DNA from: Amoebidium appalachense
Lineage: Eukaryota; Protista; Ichthyosporea
Direction: 5' to 3'
Assembly: GCA_963693365.1 (NCBI GenBank)
Contig: CAVNZM010000006.1
Coordinates: 8,993,355 to 9,057,354, forward strand
Length of the DNA stretch: 64,000 bases
Shown here: piece after piece, positions 1-16,208 of the stretch
How the letters are laid out: the number at the start of each line of letters is the position of its first letter
How positions within the stretch are numbered: position 1 is the first letter of the stretch
The notes under the pieces: generated by a model
What the model saw: the letters and a program-made list of their open reading frames with translations, nothing else
What the model was told of the DNA's origin: nothing
Databases searched by the model: none
Translations under genes and position numbers: made by a program

Positions 1-97
1 TGTGTGTGTGTGTGTGTGCGTGTGCGTGTGCGTGTGCGTGTGCGTGTGCGTGTGCGTGTGCGTGTGCGTGTGCGTGTGCGTGTGCGTGTGCGTGTGC

Positions 98-159
<62 letters not shown>

Positions 160-161
160 CG

Positions 162-199
<38 letters not shown>

Positions 200-378
200 G
201 GGGGAGAATGGGTGTGATACGAGTGTGGGTGTACCGGGGAGATTGGGAAAAGGTGTACTAGAAATAAAACGCACAAGGATTGAGTGAAAAGGTTAAGGGG
301 CAGGGGGAGGAGGGGGGATCCGGGGTGGGGTGGGGGTGGGGGGGGGGGGGGGGGGGGGGGAAGAGTGAGGGGACGTAC

Positions 379-2892
<2,514 letters not shown>

Positions 2893-5161
2893 CTGTGGAG
2901 GAGAAGGTAGTCAGGGCAAGGCCATTAAAATTGTAGGGAGTGCAAACTTAGTCGAGTACGGTTCTACATAGCCATGCCGAAATTAGACAAGTCCTTCGAA
3001 AAGGGGTTCTGACAGTGCAAGCACACATGACATAGTAGACTTACCCATGACGGGAAATTGGTTCTTCGTATGAAGCAGGAAGTGTTGTGGTCCCAGCTGG
3101 AGGGAAATCCCTGTGATGTATGGGCGGAAACTCTAGCACTCTCTCAAGCAATTAACAAAGAAAAAAGAAGGAGTAAAAGGGGAAAAGCCAAACCTAAAGT
3201 TTACTACGGGGAAATTATATTTATTATAACCCAAAGACTTGCAAAACGTGACTGACGTGTCCGACAGACAAGGGATATGTTTTTATCTCTTTTGGAATTT
3301 GGTCATCGATGGCTAAAAACTGATAAGCCAATGATATCCTTTAATAATCATTTTTCATTGGTGTTCAAATTTGATTGGGTAAGCCGTTGGGATTCCGCGG
3401 GAGTTTCGAACGAGTACGAGTCCGACGACGTTTTTCCGGAAAAGTTTCCGACTGGTTCCCGATGGACAGGATGGTGAAGGGTAAGTTTCCGCCCCGCAAC
3501 AGTTCCGCAGACCATGCTGACTCAGTGCCTAAGTCCCTGGCCTGGCGCGTCCTGCGTATTCCCTCGGCTCGCAGCTGTACAATCAAATCGACCCTGACGA
3601 AAAGCTACCGTAGTACATACGTCGTAGGGCCTCGAGAAGGATAGCCGCCTGGCATGATGCATATGCATGCATCATGCTCGGGCCATGCGCATGTTTGGGG
3701 CCAGACGCGGGAGCCTCGTTTGCGCGGGGGGGGCCGATCATCACGGGAGCCCCTCGGTGGCCCGCCCCAGTGGGGCCCGGCTCCCCTCGGCGATGACCAT
3801 TATTATACGCCCCGCGCATGCGCATGGGGGTGAGGGGGGGGAAGGGGGCGGAGGGGGGGGGGGGGGGGGGGGGGGGGGAGGGGGGGGAGGGGGGGAGGGG
3901 GGGGGGGGGGGGGGGGGGGGGGCGGGGCGGGGGCGGGGGCGAGCCTGGCGGCCCTGAAGGATTGCCAATTGAATGCAATGCACTGTGACCACTCTGCCAC
4001 TCTGGGACTGGGAGTCGCCATGACGGTCGAGGGGGATTCATATGAGGGAAGGGGTGACGAGTTAGTGGGCGCCCATCTAGATTGTTACCTAATATAGCAG
4101 CATCTGTTACATATCTGGTATTATCTAGCCTTTTACCATTGGATAACGGTAGGCATTATCTGGTAAGATCTTTTTATCACGCGAATAATTGGATGAAAAG
4201 GACCACTGAACCGTTTGGCGCGCACTGCACCGCACATACCTGTCTGACGAACCCAAGCACATACACATGTGAAAACAAGGGTGGAAAAGGCACACTTGTA
4301 CTCAGTGCTTGGATGGTTGGGCTTGCACGGTACTGTTATGTTAGGCGTCTTTATTATTAGAAGCGTGTGCGAGGACAGGTACCGCCCGCTCTTCTTTACA
4401 TAATGCATATTACCATCGCCATTGTATAAAGTTTTTTTTGTACATGGGCGGTTAAACCTTCCCACGACCTCAGGTCATGTTTCTTTGCTTGTGCAAGTGC
4501 AGGTTGCTTTTTCATATTGTTCTTCGCAAGGTGTAGACTCCAATAGCTGGTGAACCCTGATAATTATGGTTGCGCGCTCTTTCTGACTATTTGTGATTTT
4601 TTCCGTCGTTTGTTCTGAGGTTTCCAGCTCTATAAGAACTCGAACAATCGCACTTTGTTCGCTGCTTTTTATAGGTTTTACGGCGGTGGCGCGGTCCTTT
4701 TTTGGATATGAGCACGGAAGGAAGGGTTAGTCTTTGGAGGCCCTGCACCCCCGTGTGTGTGCCCTCGTCACGAGAGCAAACGGGAAAGTGCTTGACGCCA
4801 CACATGCGCAAGCATCCTCTGGGTACCAAGCCACACTTATAATGGTACTTGCTGTGTGGGTTCTCATGATATCAGGGGCTTTGTGTGGGAAAAGGCCCAA
4901 CAGTATGTCTAACAGTGCAAATGCATGCCCTTTCATTATACGATCGCTCACAACGGCTCCAGTATAATCTAAATGCCTTGGTTGTTCCTTTTTCTTCCGT
5001 GGATTTTGTGCTGGGGGGAATGTGCTGTGTAGAACCGGTCACAAACCACACCACACATACACGGACGTGAAAGTTGTCTGCTATGTGCGACACTCAGCAG
5101 CAGTTTTGTCCAACGAAGTTGGTTCCAAGCGTTTTTTGTGCTAAAATTAGGGGCTCGGGAA

Positions 5162-5454
5162 ATGGTTTCAAATCTCCGACTGTGAATCATGAACAATTCT
5201 TTGTCCGGAAAGGGGAGGGGAAAAAAAAAAAAAAAGTTGGGGAGGTAGGAGGGTGGGGTGGGGGGGGGGGGGGGGGGGGGGGGGGGGGAGGGGGGGGGGG
5301 GGGAGGGAGGATGAGGGTGGGGGGGGGGGGGGGGGAGGGGAGGGATGTGTGGGATTTGTGGTTGCTTTTGGTTTTGAACACGCTAAAAATTTCAGCATTA
5401 CCAGACACTAAAGCCCGTGAAAACTAATTTATACTTGTGCCACGCACTCCCTGC

Positions 5455-5542
<88 letters not shown>

Positions 5543-5823
5543 CAAGCCCACATACATATATACGTCCACATACACATACACGTTGAGGTACACTCCACAT
5601 TAATGTTCATGTACACGTACACGTACACTTACACTCACACTTACGCTTCCACTTACATTTACACGTACACGTATACACAAACAGCCGCCGCGCAACCACC
5701 CCAAGCAGAGTCTTCTGCCTGCAGCCATAGCCAGTGGCAATACGGCCCTGGTTCGTGACTTGCTCAAGGCAGGTGTTCCGCTTACAAGCACATACCAGGT
5801 GAGATTCCCCCTGCTCCCCCCCT

Positions 5824-5854
<31 letters not shown>

Positions 5855-6801
5855 CCCGACCCTGCCCTTTTTTTTACCCCTCGGCCCTTTGTTTGCTGGC
5901 CTCTTTCTACCTCTAGCCCTTTTAAGTTATTAACAGCCAACCACATTATCTATGTGCTTTGTAACCAACCAACCAACCAACCCCCCCTCCCCCCCTTTGG
6001 GTGCCGTCCCTTTCTCTCCTTCCGGGTTTAATGCTTTTTTGCATCCCCCTGTATCAAAGGACGTAGGGGTGGATCTTCGCTTGTGCTGCTGGTGAGGGTG
6101 GTGCTTGGCGTGCGCACGCGTGTGTGGGTGTGGGTGTTGGTGTGGGTGGGTATTGGGGGGCGGGGGGGCGGGAGGGGAGGGGGGAGGGAGTATGTAGAAG
6201 GGAAGAACGGCAAAGGCGGCACACCGGGGCAGACCTCCGGAAACACGATTCACATATCTTTATGGCCTGTGCGCACATGGTCATTGTTAGTGTGTCCTTA
6301 TTTGTCTGTGCCCACTTTTTCACTTTGCAGGATGGCAAGACGGCGCTTCATCTTGCTGTGGAGGCAGGCCAGATGGAGGTCGCTACCCTGCTGATCGACC
6401 TTGGGGCCCCCATCTATGCCGTATCGAAGGTGATAACCGGCTATCCCCCCCTTCCTCCCCCTCCTTCGTGCCCCCTTTTTTTTAATTTTTCGATTGAAAT
6501 CGGGGCCTCCGTTTATGCCGTCTCCAAGGTGGACATCGACTCCCCCCCCACTCCCCCCCCCCCCCCCCCCCCCCCCGCGTTATTCTTCTGCTTAATGTCT
6601 TTCATTTTTCCAGTGTTTTCCCCACTGTCAACCGACAATGAGGCATCAAGAGTGTCTTATTCCTTTTTTAACCTTTAAGCCTTCTGACCTACCCAAGTTG
6701 GTAAACTGCAAGTCTGCACACTACCCTCTTTGCCCAATTCATCCGCTCATGGTCACGAAGATGTGCCCCGTATCTCCCTGACCTCTCTCTCTCTCTCTTC
6801 T

Positions 6802-6838
<37 letters not shown>

Positions 6839-7595
6839 GTTGGGCAGCTACAGCGCGCTGCACATGGCGGTAGACCAGGGCAACAGGGACATGGCTGCCC
6901 TGCTGCTGGCCAGAGGGGCAGCAGTCAACCAGCAGGCCAGGGTAGGCACTGTGTTCACTGTGCGGCCTACTATGATTCTCTTGCATTGCATTTTCTCTTT
7001 GTGCGAGATCTCGGTTCACCGCTTTTTCGATTAGCTTGTCCCGTGTGTTCTGGTGTTCATAGTTGGTGTAATGGCGTCTCTCTCTGCCTGCACTTCTGTG
7101 TGCCTCCCCCCTCCCCCCCCCCCCCCCTCTTAGTTCCTAGCTTCCTTGCCTTCCCTCCCTGCTTCGTCTCTTCTCACGCCCCTCTCCTCTCTTTTCTCCT
7201 ACCTTCCCTCCCACCTCCAACACTTACCCACCAATCCCTTACCCCCAGCCTTGCCGCCCTACCTTGTGCTCTTGGTTTACCATCACATTATCCCCTCCCT
7301 CCCCCCTCCCCCTCTCCACCCCACCCCAACCCCCACCCCACCCCAATCAAAAAACCATTATTCACGCCAAACTCCACACACACACACACAAAAACACCCG
7401 CACACAGCCTCACACATGCACATGTGCACACAAACACACACACCACAGGCACACACACACACACACACATATACACACGCGCGTGCACACACACACACAC
7501 ACACACATGCGCGTGCACACAAACCCATTCACGCATACACAAACACATAAAAACACACACGCGCGGCCACTAGGGAGCCCCTACGTGTGCACATG

Positions 7596-7643
<48 letters not shown>

Positions 7644-7980
7644 CACACACACACACACAGCCCGTATTACCCTCGCTTTCCGGCTTCTTCCTCTTTACGC
7701 GTTCCCCCTTTTCCTATACCCTATCACCACCATTTTTTTTTTCCAACTTCACTTACACCCACTGTCCTACCATATCTTTAGGTCTTTATAAATTAGAGCA
7801 GTGTAGTTTTAGTGTTTTTACTAACTCTGTGTTTATAGGGCACCAAGACACCCCTCCACATTGCCAGTGAGAAGGGGGACAAGGAGATGGTTAGGCTGCT
7901 GCTCAAGCACGGTGCCCTGGTGCATATGCTGGACACGGTCTGTCCTCCTTACCCCCCCCCCCCCCCCCCCTCTCCCTCCC

Positions 7981-8011
<31 letters not shown>

Positions 8012-8243
8012 AACCAACCCCCCCCCCCCCCCCCCGCCCTCCCCACACACACATACACACGCACACACACTCACTCACTCACTCACTCACTCACTCACTC
8101 ACTCACTCACTCGCTCGCTCACTTGCTCACTCACTCACTCACTCACTCACTCACTCACTCACTCACTCTGTATGCATGCGTTGTGTGTGGGCGTGCCTTG
8201 TTTTGCGTCTGTACCCCCGCCTCCCCCCCCCCCCCCCCCCAGA

Positions 8244-8337
<94 letters not shown>

Positions 8338-8473
8338 ACACACACACGCACATACACACACTGTAGTGCATGCTTTGTGTGTGGGTGTGGCTTGTTTTGC
8401 ATGTCTGGATGACCTTTCGCTAGGTGACCTTTTCATTGTGGATTTGTACCTCGTGCTGCGCACCACTTTCCAG

Positions 8474-8526
<53 letters not shown>

Positions 8527-9768
8527 ACCGGTGACAAGAAAAGTAAAGAAATGGCAAAGACTGCCGAGACGGAGACTTAAACTCAGCAAACACACAAGTC
8601 ACTTCCACACCTGTGCGCTTGCTTACTGAGGGAAACGTGGCAAGGCTACAACATACGATTAGAGGAAGAGAGAAAAGGGAGGGGGACGGGGGGAAGGGAG
8701 GGGGGGGAGGGGGGGGGGGAGGGGGGAACATTCAAGAAACATCTGTTTCAAGCAAATTGGGGTGCAGGGGGGGGAGGGGGGGAGCATTTTTGAACGAACG
8801 GGGGAGAGAGACTTTGCTTCTTGTGAACTCTTGTGCTTGCATCTGCACCTGTAATACAGAGAAAGTTCACCGGGCACCCGGAGAGGAGGGGGGGAGGGGG
8901 GAGTGTGGGCAAGGCGGGGGGGGGGGGGGGGGGGGAGGACATCACCACACAGGCAATTTGTCCGTTTCTTCGGTTTTAGATGGAGAATAATTTTGCTGAC
9001 GGTGTGTGTGTGTGAGCAGCAGAAGAACAGCCCCTACTACATGATGAAGGACAGTGCGGACCTGCACGAGGTTATGGCCAATCTCAAGTTCACAGACACC
9101 GTGAGTCTTGAACCCCCCTCCCCCCTTCCCATAAAAAAAGTATTATGGACACTCTTACTTTCACTCTCTCGGACCCTCTGTCTGCCTCCACTCCCCCCCC
9201 TCCCCCCTTTCCCCCCTTCCCCTTCTCCCCCCCCCCCCCCCCCCCCCCCCCCCACCCCACCCCGGGGACTCTCCCTCCCCTCGCGACCACCCAGAGATAT
9301 GCACGAGTGCGTTCACTGACACACACACATCTTTTTTGACGTATGTGCAAGGAGAGTCAAAAGGTGTGGGAGCTTCCCTGCTCTTTTCTTGATTTGTCAC
9401 CATTGTTTGCTTTTCTCCTCGTTTTCTCCCCTCCCCCCCCCCCCCCCCCCCCTCCCCCCGCCAGTTATAAACCTCTGCCCAGTCCAGTAAAAGCAGGTCT
9501 TAACTCTCCTGCCGTTCTGTCTATACCCTGCCTCCCCTCCTCGTCCCAATAATAATAATAATAATAATAATAACAACAACAACAACATACACCTGGGGCC
9601 ACCCAACCCGGTATCTTCCATCCCTTTATTCCCCTGGTACTTCACATGCAAGGAACACACTGGAAATCGAGCCAACACGATTGATAGTTTTTCTGGCTTT
9701 GTTCCCCCCTCCTCCCCCCCCCCCCCCCCCCCCCCCCCCCCCTGCCCCTCTTCACCCCAACACACGTG

Positions 9769-9843
<75 letters not shown>

Positions 9844-12800
9844 GCCTTGAGTATGTGGAGAAAGCCGCCAGCCCTAGCCCCAGAAAAGCCGCAACCACCC
9901 CTGTCAAGGTGTGTTGCTTTGCCGTGTGTAGGGGTAGGCGTGGGTGGCGCAATCGGTCATGCATACAGGATTAAGATTATTGGCATCATAGGTTGTTGTG
10001 ACTTGCCATGTGTGCAAGTGGGGCTTCCCCCCCCCCCCCCTGGAGATGGGCTCTTCTTATGTACTGATGATGAACTCTTTTGCGTGGGTCTCAAAATCTG
10101 CATCGTGTTGAATGAGTGTGAATGTGTACTTCGAACTCCACCCTCCCCTCTCCCCCCCCCCCCCCCCCTCCCCCTACCTTTCCACCCACCTACCCTTGTG
10201 CTGATGACGAGAAAGGAAGGCGTGCTCACCATTGTGCTTGCACGCACACATCCCACTAATCCACCTTTTCATTCATGCACACTCCGCAAAGGCGCGTGCG
10301 CGCCACACACACAGACACACACCCACACATGCACATGCACACGCGCACACGCCCACGCACGCACGCACAGCACACTCACATACTCACGCACTCTCTCTCT
10401 TACACTCACACTCACACCTCCCCCCCTCCCCCCTCCCCCCCTCTAACACCCTGCTTAATGCACACATAGCCACACTCACCAACATACTTACACACTCATA
10501 CTCACACACAAAAACATACAGGTTGCACCATCCAGGCCCACATCTACCTCTGGCCCCAGCCATGGCCTGCTTACACCCCCACCCAGTGGTGGGCTGGCGC
10601 CTGGCCCCAGCGACAGCATGCCCGTAGACTACTTCCACGTGCGCCACTCCACACAGCCCACACAGTCTAGGGAGATTGTGCTGATCGACTGCGTGGACGC
10701 TAGGCTGACGGTGGGTGCTTTCCTTCCCTCCTTCCGCCTTTTGTGTTACTTTCGCTCCCTTTTTTTCCTTCCCCTAAACGGAAGAGGGGGGGGGGGGGGG
10801 GGGGGGGGGGTCAGAGTGCGTGGAGTAGTAGTAAGTGCATGAGAATGGGTTTAGGAAGGTTGGTGGTTTTAACAGGTAATGATGGGGGTTGTTGCTAGAG
10901 AGGTGTGAGGTCGTGGGTGCCTGCCGAGGGGGGGGAGGGGGTGGGGGGAGGGGGGGGGGGGAGGGGGGGGGGGGGGGGGGAGGTGGGGAGGGGAGGAAGG
11001 GGGGCGGGGGGAGAGGGGAATATTTGGGATTACTATGTGGCATCGGATGGATACACAGCAACCAAACGTATTGTTGTGTGGCCCAGCTAATACGTAGTTG
11101 TTGCCTTTACGATCACGATGGCATTATGAGCCACTGCTGCTATCCTTGAATTGCATCTGACCGATCCCAATCATTTATTCGTTTTTTAGTTTCGTGTAAG
11201 TGTGTGTGTGTTCTTTCTTTCGTGCATGTTTTTTGTGTGTTTGTGTGTGCCTCTATACCTACGTGTGTTTGGCCGTGCTTGCGTGTGTGTTACTGATTGC
11301 GTGTGTCCCATCACATTCTAGAAACATCCGCTAACCCCAGCACGTGCACACACAGGAAGCCATCGAGCACATCAGCCGTTGGCACGTGATTGCACTGGAT
11401 GCAGAGGGGTTCACCCAGCAGGGCCCGGCCCTGCTTCAGATTGCAGTGGAGGGGGACGGGCGCCACCACCCGTACAGGCAGGTGGGGGTGATGTACGTGT
11501 ACCTGTTCGATCTGCTGTGCCCGGCACACACGGTCATCATGTCGTCACTGGCATTCATCCTGGCCCGACCCGAAATCATCAAGGTGGTGCACGACCTGCA
11601 CCAGGACTCGTGGCAGCTGTACAAGACATATGGTGTGTACCTGCGCAGCGTGTTTGACACACAGCTAGCAAACGAGTTTCTTACGGGGGAGATGTTTGGT
11701 GGGCTTGGTGTTGTAGTTGAGAGGTATGGGGATGGCAAGCACACGAGCAAGCACCGCACCAAGAAGGCTATGGCCGAGGACCCCCTGTTGTGGCACCGTC
11801 GGCCACTAGACCGTGAGAGGCAGTGCTATGCTGCTGACGATGTGGCGCTGCTCCTGCGGGCATTCCCCGTCGTCTGGGACTACCTGGGTCCCGTATATGC
11901 CACTGCCATACTGCAGGTACCAGCAACCCTTCCCCTCACCCCCCCCCTCCCCTCCCCCCCCCCCCCCTCCCCCCCTCCCCCTACACGCACACACACACAC
12001 ACACACACAAACACGCACGCACACACACACGCACACACACACACACACACACGCACAGCTCCTTTCCCCATTGCTACTATTCAAGCACTAAGAAAGGCTG
12101 TGTGATTGGTGGTGAGAAGCCAGAAGGGGCCCCATTTCTTCCCGCAGGGGGGGGGGGGGGGGGGGGGGTAATGCACGGAAGACTGTCTCAACTTCATGCT
12201 GATGTTCTTAGTGATGGAAGCAGCCCTTAAGGTTGGGATTCCTTGTGACCGACCCAAACTGCAATTTATGACACTAACACGTGCACGTGCAGGCATCGCA
12301 GATCCGCTGTGACCGTGCAGCCGGCAGCACCGACCAGACCGTCAACCGTCGGCCCATTGCCTACCGTGGGCCCACCCGTGCCCTGTGCAGTCTGGAGCTA
12401 TCGGTTTCTATGGGCTTCTACTGCCTCTACCCCCGACCCCTGCACAGTGAACGTGTGCCCGATGACATCCTCGCCTACCTACCCCACGCCTTTTCCGATC
12501 GCCTACGCCAACATGCACATATCGGGTACTTGCACGAGGTTACACTCGACTTGGGCCGGCCCCCCGTCGCGGTGTTTTCGCTCGTTGGTGGTGGGACGGA
12601 GACGGCGCTACTTGGGACGGATATGGTTAAAGTGTTCACGCAGCAGCACCTAGACCTGATACTGTCCTGGCTCACCCCCCATCTGGGCCCGGATAACCGG
12701 GCCGCTCTCGACGGGTCGCTGCATAGCATCAGCTGCATGCGCAACAAAAAAGGAAAGATTTACGGCTTGACCATCCGTGTGGGTCGGCCCGTGTTCGGCG

Positions 12801-13709
12801 CTGCGGAAATGCTTACGGACATTTTGTTTGACGGCGAGAAATCAGTGCTGATTGTCGGTGCTGCGGGCACGGGTAAGACAACGGTTGCACGTGACGCGGC
12901 ACGTGTGATTTCCCAGCGGTTTCCCAACGTTTGCGTCGTCGACACGTGGAGCAAAATCTGCGGTGCAGGCAATATCCCTCATTGGTCGGTGGGGTGGGCT
13001 CGGCCCATGATGGTTGATGACGTGGAGCGTCAGCCTGAAATTCTACGCGAGTGCTACCGAAATCACATGCCAGGGGCTGTGGTAGTCGATCAGGTGTATC
13101 GGTATGAGGATGCAGAGGCACTGAATGAACTGGGCAAGTACCGTGTGCCCTTGGTGGCTGGGGCCCAGGGGACGTTCCGAGAGTTGGTGTCCAACATGCA
13201 TCTGAATGGCCTGCTGGGGGTGGTGGCGGCATCCCCACACATCACACTGGAGCCTAGTGTCAACGACCCAAAGAGGGTATGCATCTAACCCATTCCTGTG
13301 TCTCCCCCCATCCGCCCCCTCTCTTGCTGCTCCCTAATTCCACCCACCCCCCCACCCCCCCCACCCCCCCACACATACACACCCATATAAGCTCAAGAAC
13401 AGGCACGCGCACATGCACATGCACATGCGCACATGCTCGGTCACATACACTCACAGTCACACACCACACTCATGCACCCACGCACGCACACGTACTCGTA
13501 TCACACACACACTCGACACACACACACACACACATTGAAACCCTTTTGCTGGCACACCCTCTCCATCTCGTCCACCTCGATATGCTTGTGTATTCCTTTC
13601 TCTCCCTACCTTTGCACACTAAATGGGTCTTCCCCTTGTGCACGTGCTTTCTTTGTCGTTCTGTGTACGAAGTCTGGTTGTGTTGCCGGTTTGAACCCCA
13701 GGCTCCGCC

Positions 13710-13761
<52 letters not shown>

Positions 13762-14439
13762 ACGCACTACCACAATCACCACCTCCACCATCACCTTCAC
13801 CACCTCATCCGACCCTCCAGAAACCTCCCGTCCCTCCCGACTCGCACCCAAGCGCACACCTCCAACTCCCCCCCCCCCCCCCCCCCTCTCCCCTGGGCCC
13901 CCCCTGAGGATGGGCTCTGCTTATTATGCATACTCTTTATGTATGGCTTGCATCATCTGTTATCCGTTTGTTCTTGTGTACTTCGTACTTTTTGACGCAT
14001 TCAAACCCCCCCCCCCCCCGCTCTCCCCCTCTCGTCCTCCTCCCTCCCCTCCGCTCCCGTCTCCCTCCCTCCCACCCACCCACCCATCCTTCCCCACCTC
14101 CACCCACCCCGCTTCCACCTCCCTCCCTTTCTATATATCTGTTTCCATCGTTCTATTCAGCTTTCTCTGTTAACCCACCCACCCATCCCACAGTGCCTAC
14201 GTCGTACGGCCTACCCCGTCTTCAACACAATAGTGGAGCTCAATCCCAGGTCCTTCGACCAGTGGCGGGTGATTACCGACGTTGCACGTGCGGTGGATGA
14301 TATATTGGCTGGCAGGCCTTATCGGGCCCAGATCAGGGAGAGGTGCCCCGAATCGGGTCAGGTTACGGTTCGGCTCGTGAGTGTGGAGGAGGATGAGGAT
14401 GCACCCCCTGTGCGTGTGGTGCTTCCAACTGTGAAGTAG
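5162..14439 (+). CDS. Ankyrin-repeat / DEDDy 3'-5' exonuclease / Ycf45-SpoIIIAA-like P-loop NTPase fusion protein, paralogue 1 (about 850 aa)
   Basis: Exons, all phase 0: tentative ATG 5162-5164; 5685-5798; 6331-6429 ([10 protein letters not shown]..); 6837-6941; 7839-7937; 9020-9100; 9843-9908; 10522-10710; 11356-11916 (IALDAEG, HDLHQD, YAADDV); 12293-13276 ([29 protein letters not shown]); 14194-14439 ending in TAG. Confidence 0.88.
11356..11916 (+). CDS. DEDDy 3'-5' exonuclease domain exon of paralogue 1 (EXD1/Egalitarian/RNase D-like)
   Basis: ExoI VIALDAEG, Exo[18 protein letters not shown], LWxxRPL and ExoIII YAADDV, all in one 561-nt exon bounded by cag|...|gt. Confidence 0.9.
12293..13276 (+). 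CDS. Ycf45/SpoIIIAA-like NTPase domain exon of paralogue 1
   Basis: Collinear with recalled Ycf45 motifs: [33 protein letters not shown], Walker [18 protein letters not shown], Walker B VVVDQ. Branch point cactaac at 12272. Confidence 0.88.
13898..14010 (+). repeat. Dispersed ~110-bp intronic repeat, copy A
   Basis: cctgaggatgggctctgcttattatgcatactctttatgtatgg...gacgcattcaaacc; near-identical reverse-complement copy at 57891-58006. Confidence 0.85.
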
Positions 14440-14593
14440 TGGTGGGGAATATGGAAGGTTGGATATAATGGATAGATTTGCAGAGGATGGTGGTGTGATG
14501 GTGGTGGCGGTGTTGGTAAATGTTTCTGGATAGTTTGTTACTGTCTTCTGACAGTGGTGATTGGTTTTTGTGTCACGTAGCTCCTTTTCTGAC

Positions 14594-14604
14594 ATATATA
14601 TATA

Positions 14605-14649
<45 letters not shown>
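14594..14649. repeat. (AT)n microsatellite downstream of paralogue 1
   Basis: Direct reading. Confidence 0.95.
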
Positions 14650-14650
<1 letters not shown>

Positions 14651-14721
14651 CTAGATTTTTGGTAGTACGAGCCTGACTAAACAACGGGTTTTCTTCAGGG
14701 CCGGGAGGGGTGTGTGTGTGT

Positions 14722-14759
<38 letters not shown>

Positions 14760-14982
14760 AAATGATGGTGGTGTCTAGGATGGTTTACGCGCAATCTTTG
14801 AGCTATCACGTTCTGTCTACATGGTTGTTGTGGCTGGATCAAAAACTTGAAAACCTAGGTTTTGGGTGTGGTTTCATTGTCCTTTGCTTTGCCTTGGCAT
14901 GGTGTTGGAATGTTGCCTTAGGCCCCGATGTCAATTGTGCAGTATTATGACTGCATACGCGCGCACACCTGAGATAATCCAA

Positions 14983-15050
<68 letters not shown>

Positions 15051-15696
15051 GCACACACACACAAGCACACACACTGTAACAGGTTGTTTTGTTGCAAATG
15101 AGTGAATACACACCACCTAAGTTTTAAGGCTTTCAGATAATTCGCCTTGTTATTTGTTTTTCAGTTTATTTATTTTTTCCCTTCCTAGGATACACTATCA
15201 CGACCTCACCACTAGACCAGTGTGTCAGGGTGACTGTTTCCTTTGAATCCTTTTATGCACGTATTCCATGCACGTAACATGCCCACACAGCGCTATTTCA
15301 TGCGTTATGTCTGCGGTATCACACATAGTTCGTTATGCTGCTCTGAGAGTGGTGTATATAGCCGGTACACAGGAAATATAAAGTTTTCATTTGTACAGCA
15401 ATTATCCCTCCTCGTTTTCCCCACCCCTTGTGCTTATATTCTTTGTAGCCGGGTATATGACTTAGCCTGCAAATAAAGTACACTGTGCCCTCTGTAGTGC
15501 AACATCCCCCCCCCGTTTTTAAAGGTTTGTTTCTCAGCAAACAATAATTGGCTGGCCAGATAGGCTCGGGTACCATAGCATACCGATTGGCTTAAGGTCA
15601 TGCAAACTTGTTCAAGTCCACGCGTGTCCCCATGCGTGTAATACTGTGTGTGCCCACAGCACCATCCTCAACTTACGCACAGCTTCCGCCCCCCCC

Positions 15697-15727
<31 letters not shown>

Positions 15728-15955
15728 ACCTTTCCTCCTCTGCCGGCCCTTCCCGTTTGCCAATTCTCCCCCCCCTCCTCCCGTACCAACATCCATGTGA
15801 TCAGTCTGAGGTCCTAATCCCTCCAGGCCTCACACCAAAAATTGGTTCAAGGCTTCAATGATACTTGAAAGTGAGTATTATGCGCTGCACGACAGCGTCT
15901 CCCAGCCCAGCCATGCATTATATGCAAGACCCTCCCTCCCTCCCCTCGCCCCCCC

Positions 15956-15991
<36 letters not shown>

Positions 15992-16055
15992 CGGGGGGCA
16001 CACCGCCATGCGGCACACATACGGCCCGGAGACGTGCGCATAGCTATATATATAT

Positions 16056-16071
<16 letters not shown>

Positions 16072-16131
<60 letters not shown>

Positions 16132-16161
16132 GGGGGGGGGGGGGGGAGGGGGGAGGGGGGG

Positions 16162-16208
<47 letters not shown>

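Noticed and set aside
3440-3540. Possible spliced-leader RNA or first exon at aagg|gtaagt
   Set aside because: No recognisable leader sequence or Sm site, and the MDRMVK frame ends in phase 1, incompatible with the phase-0 exon at 5685.
12281-13288. Bacterial or plastid contaminant ycf45 gene
   Set aside because: It is bounded by a branch point, AG acceptor and GT donor, and its C-terminus is in a separate downstream exon, in both paralogues.
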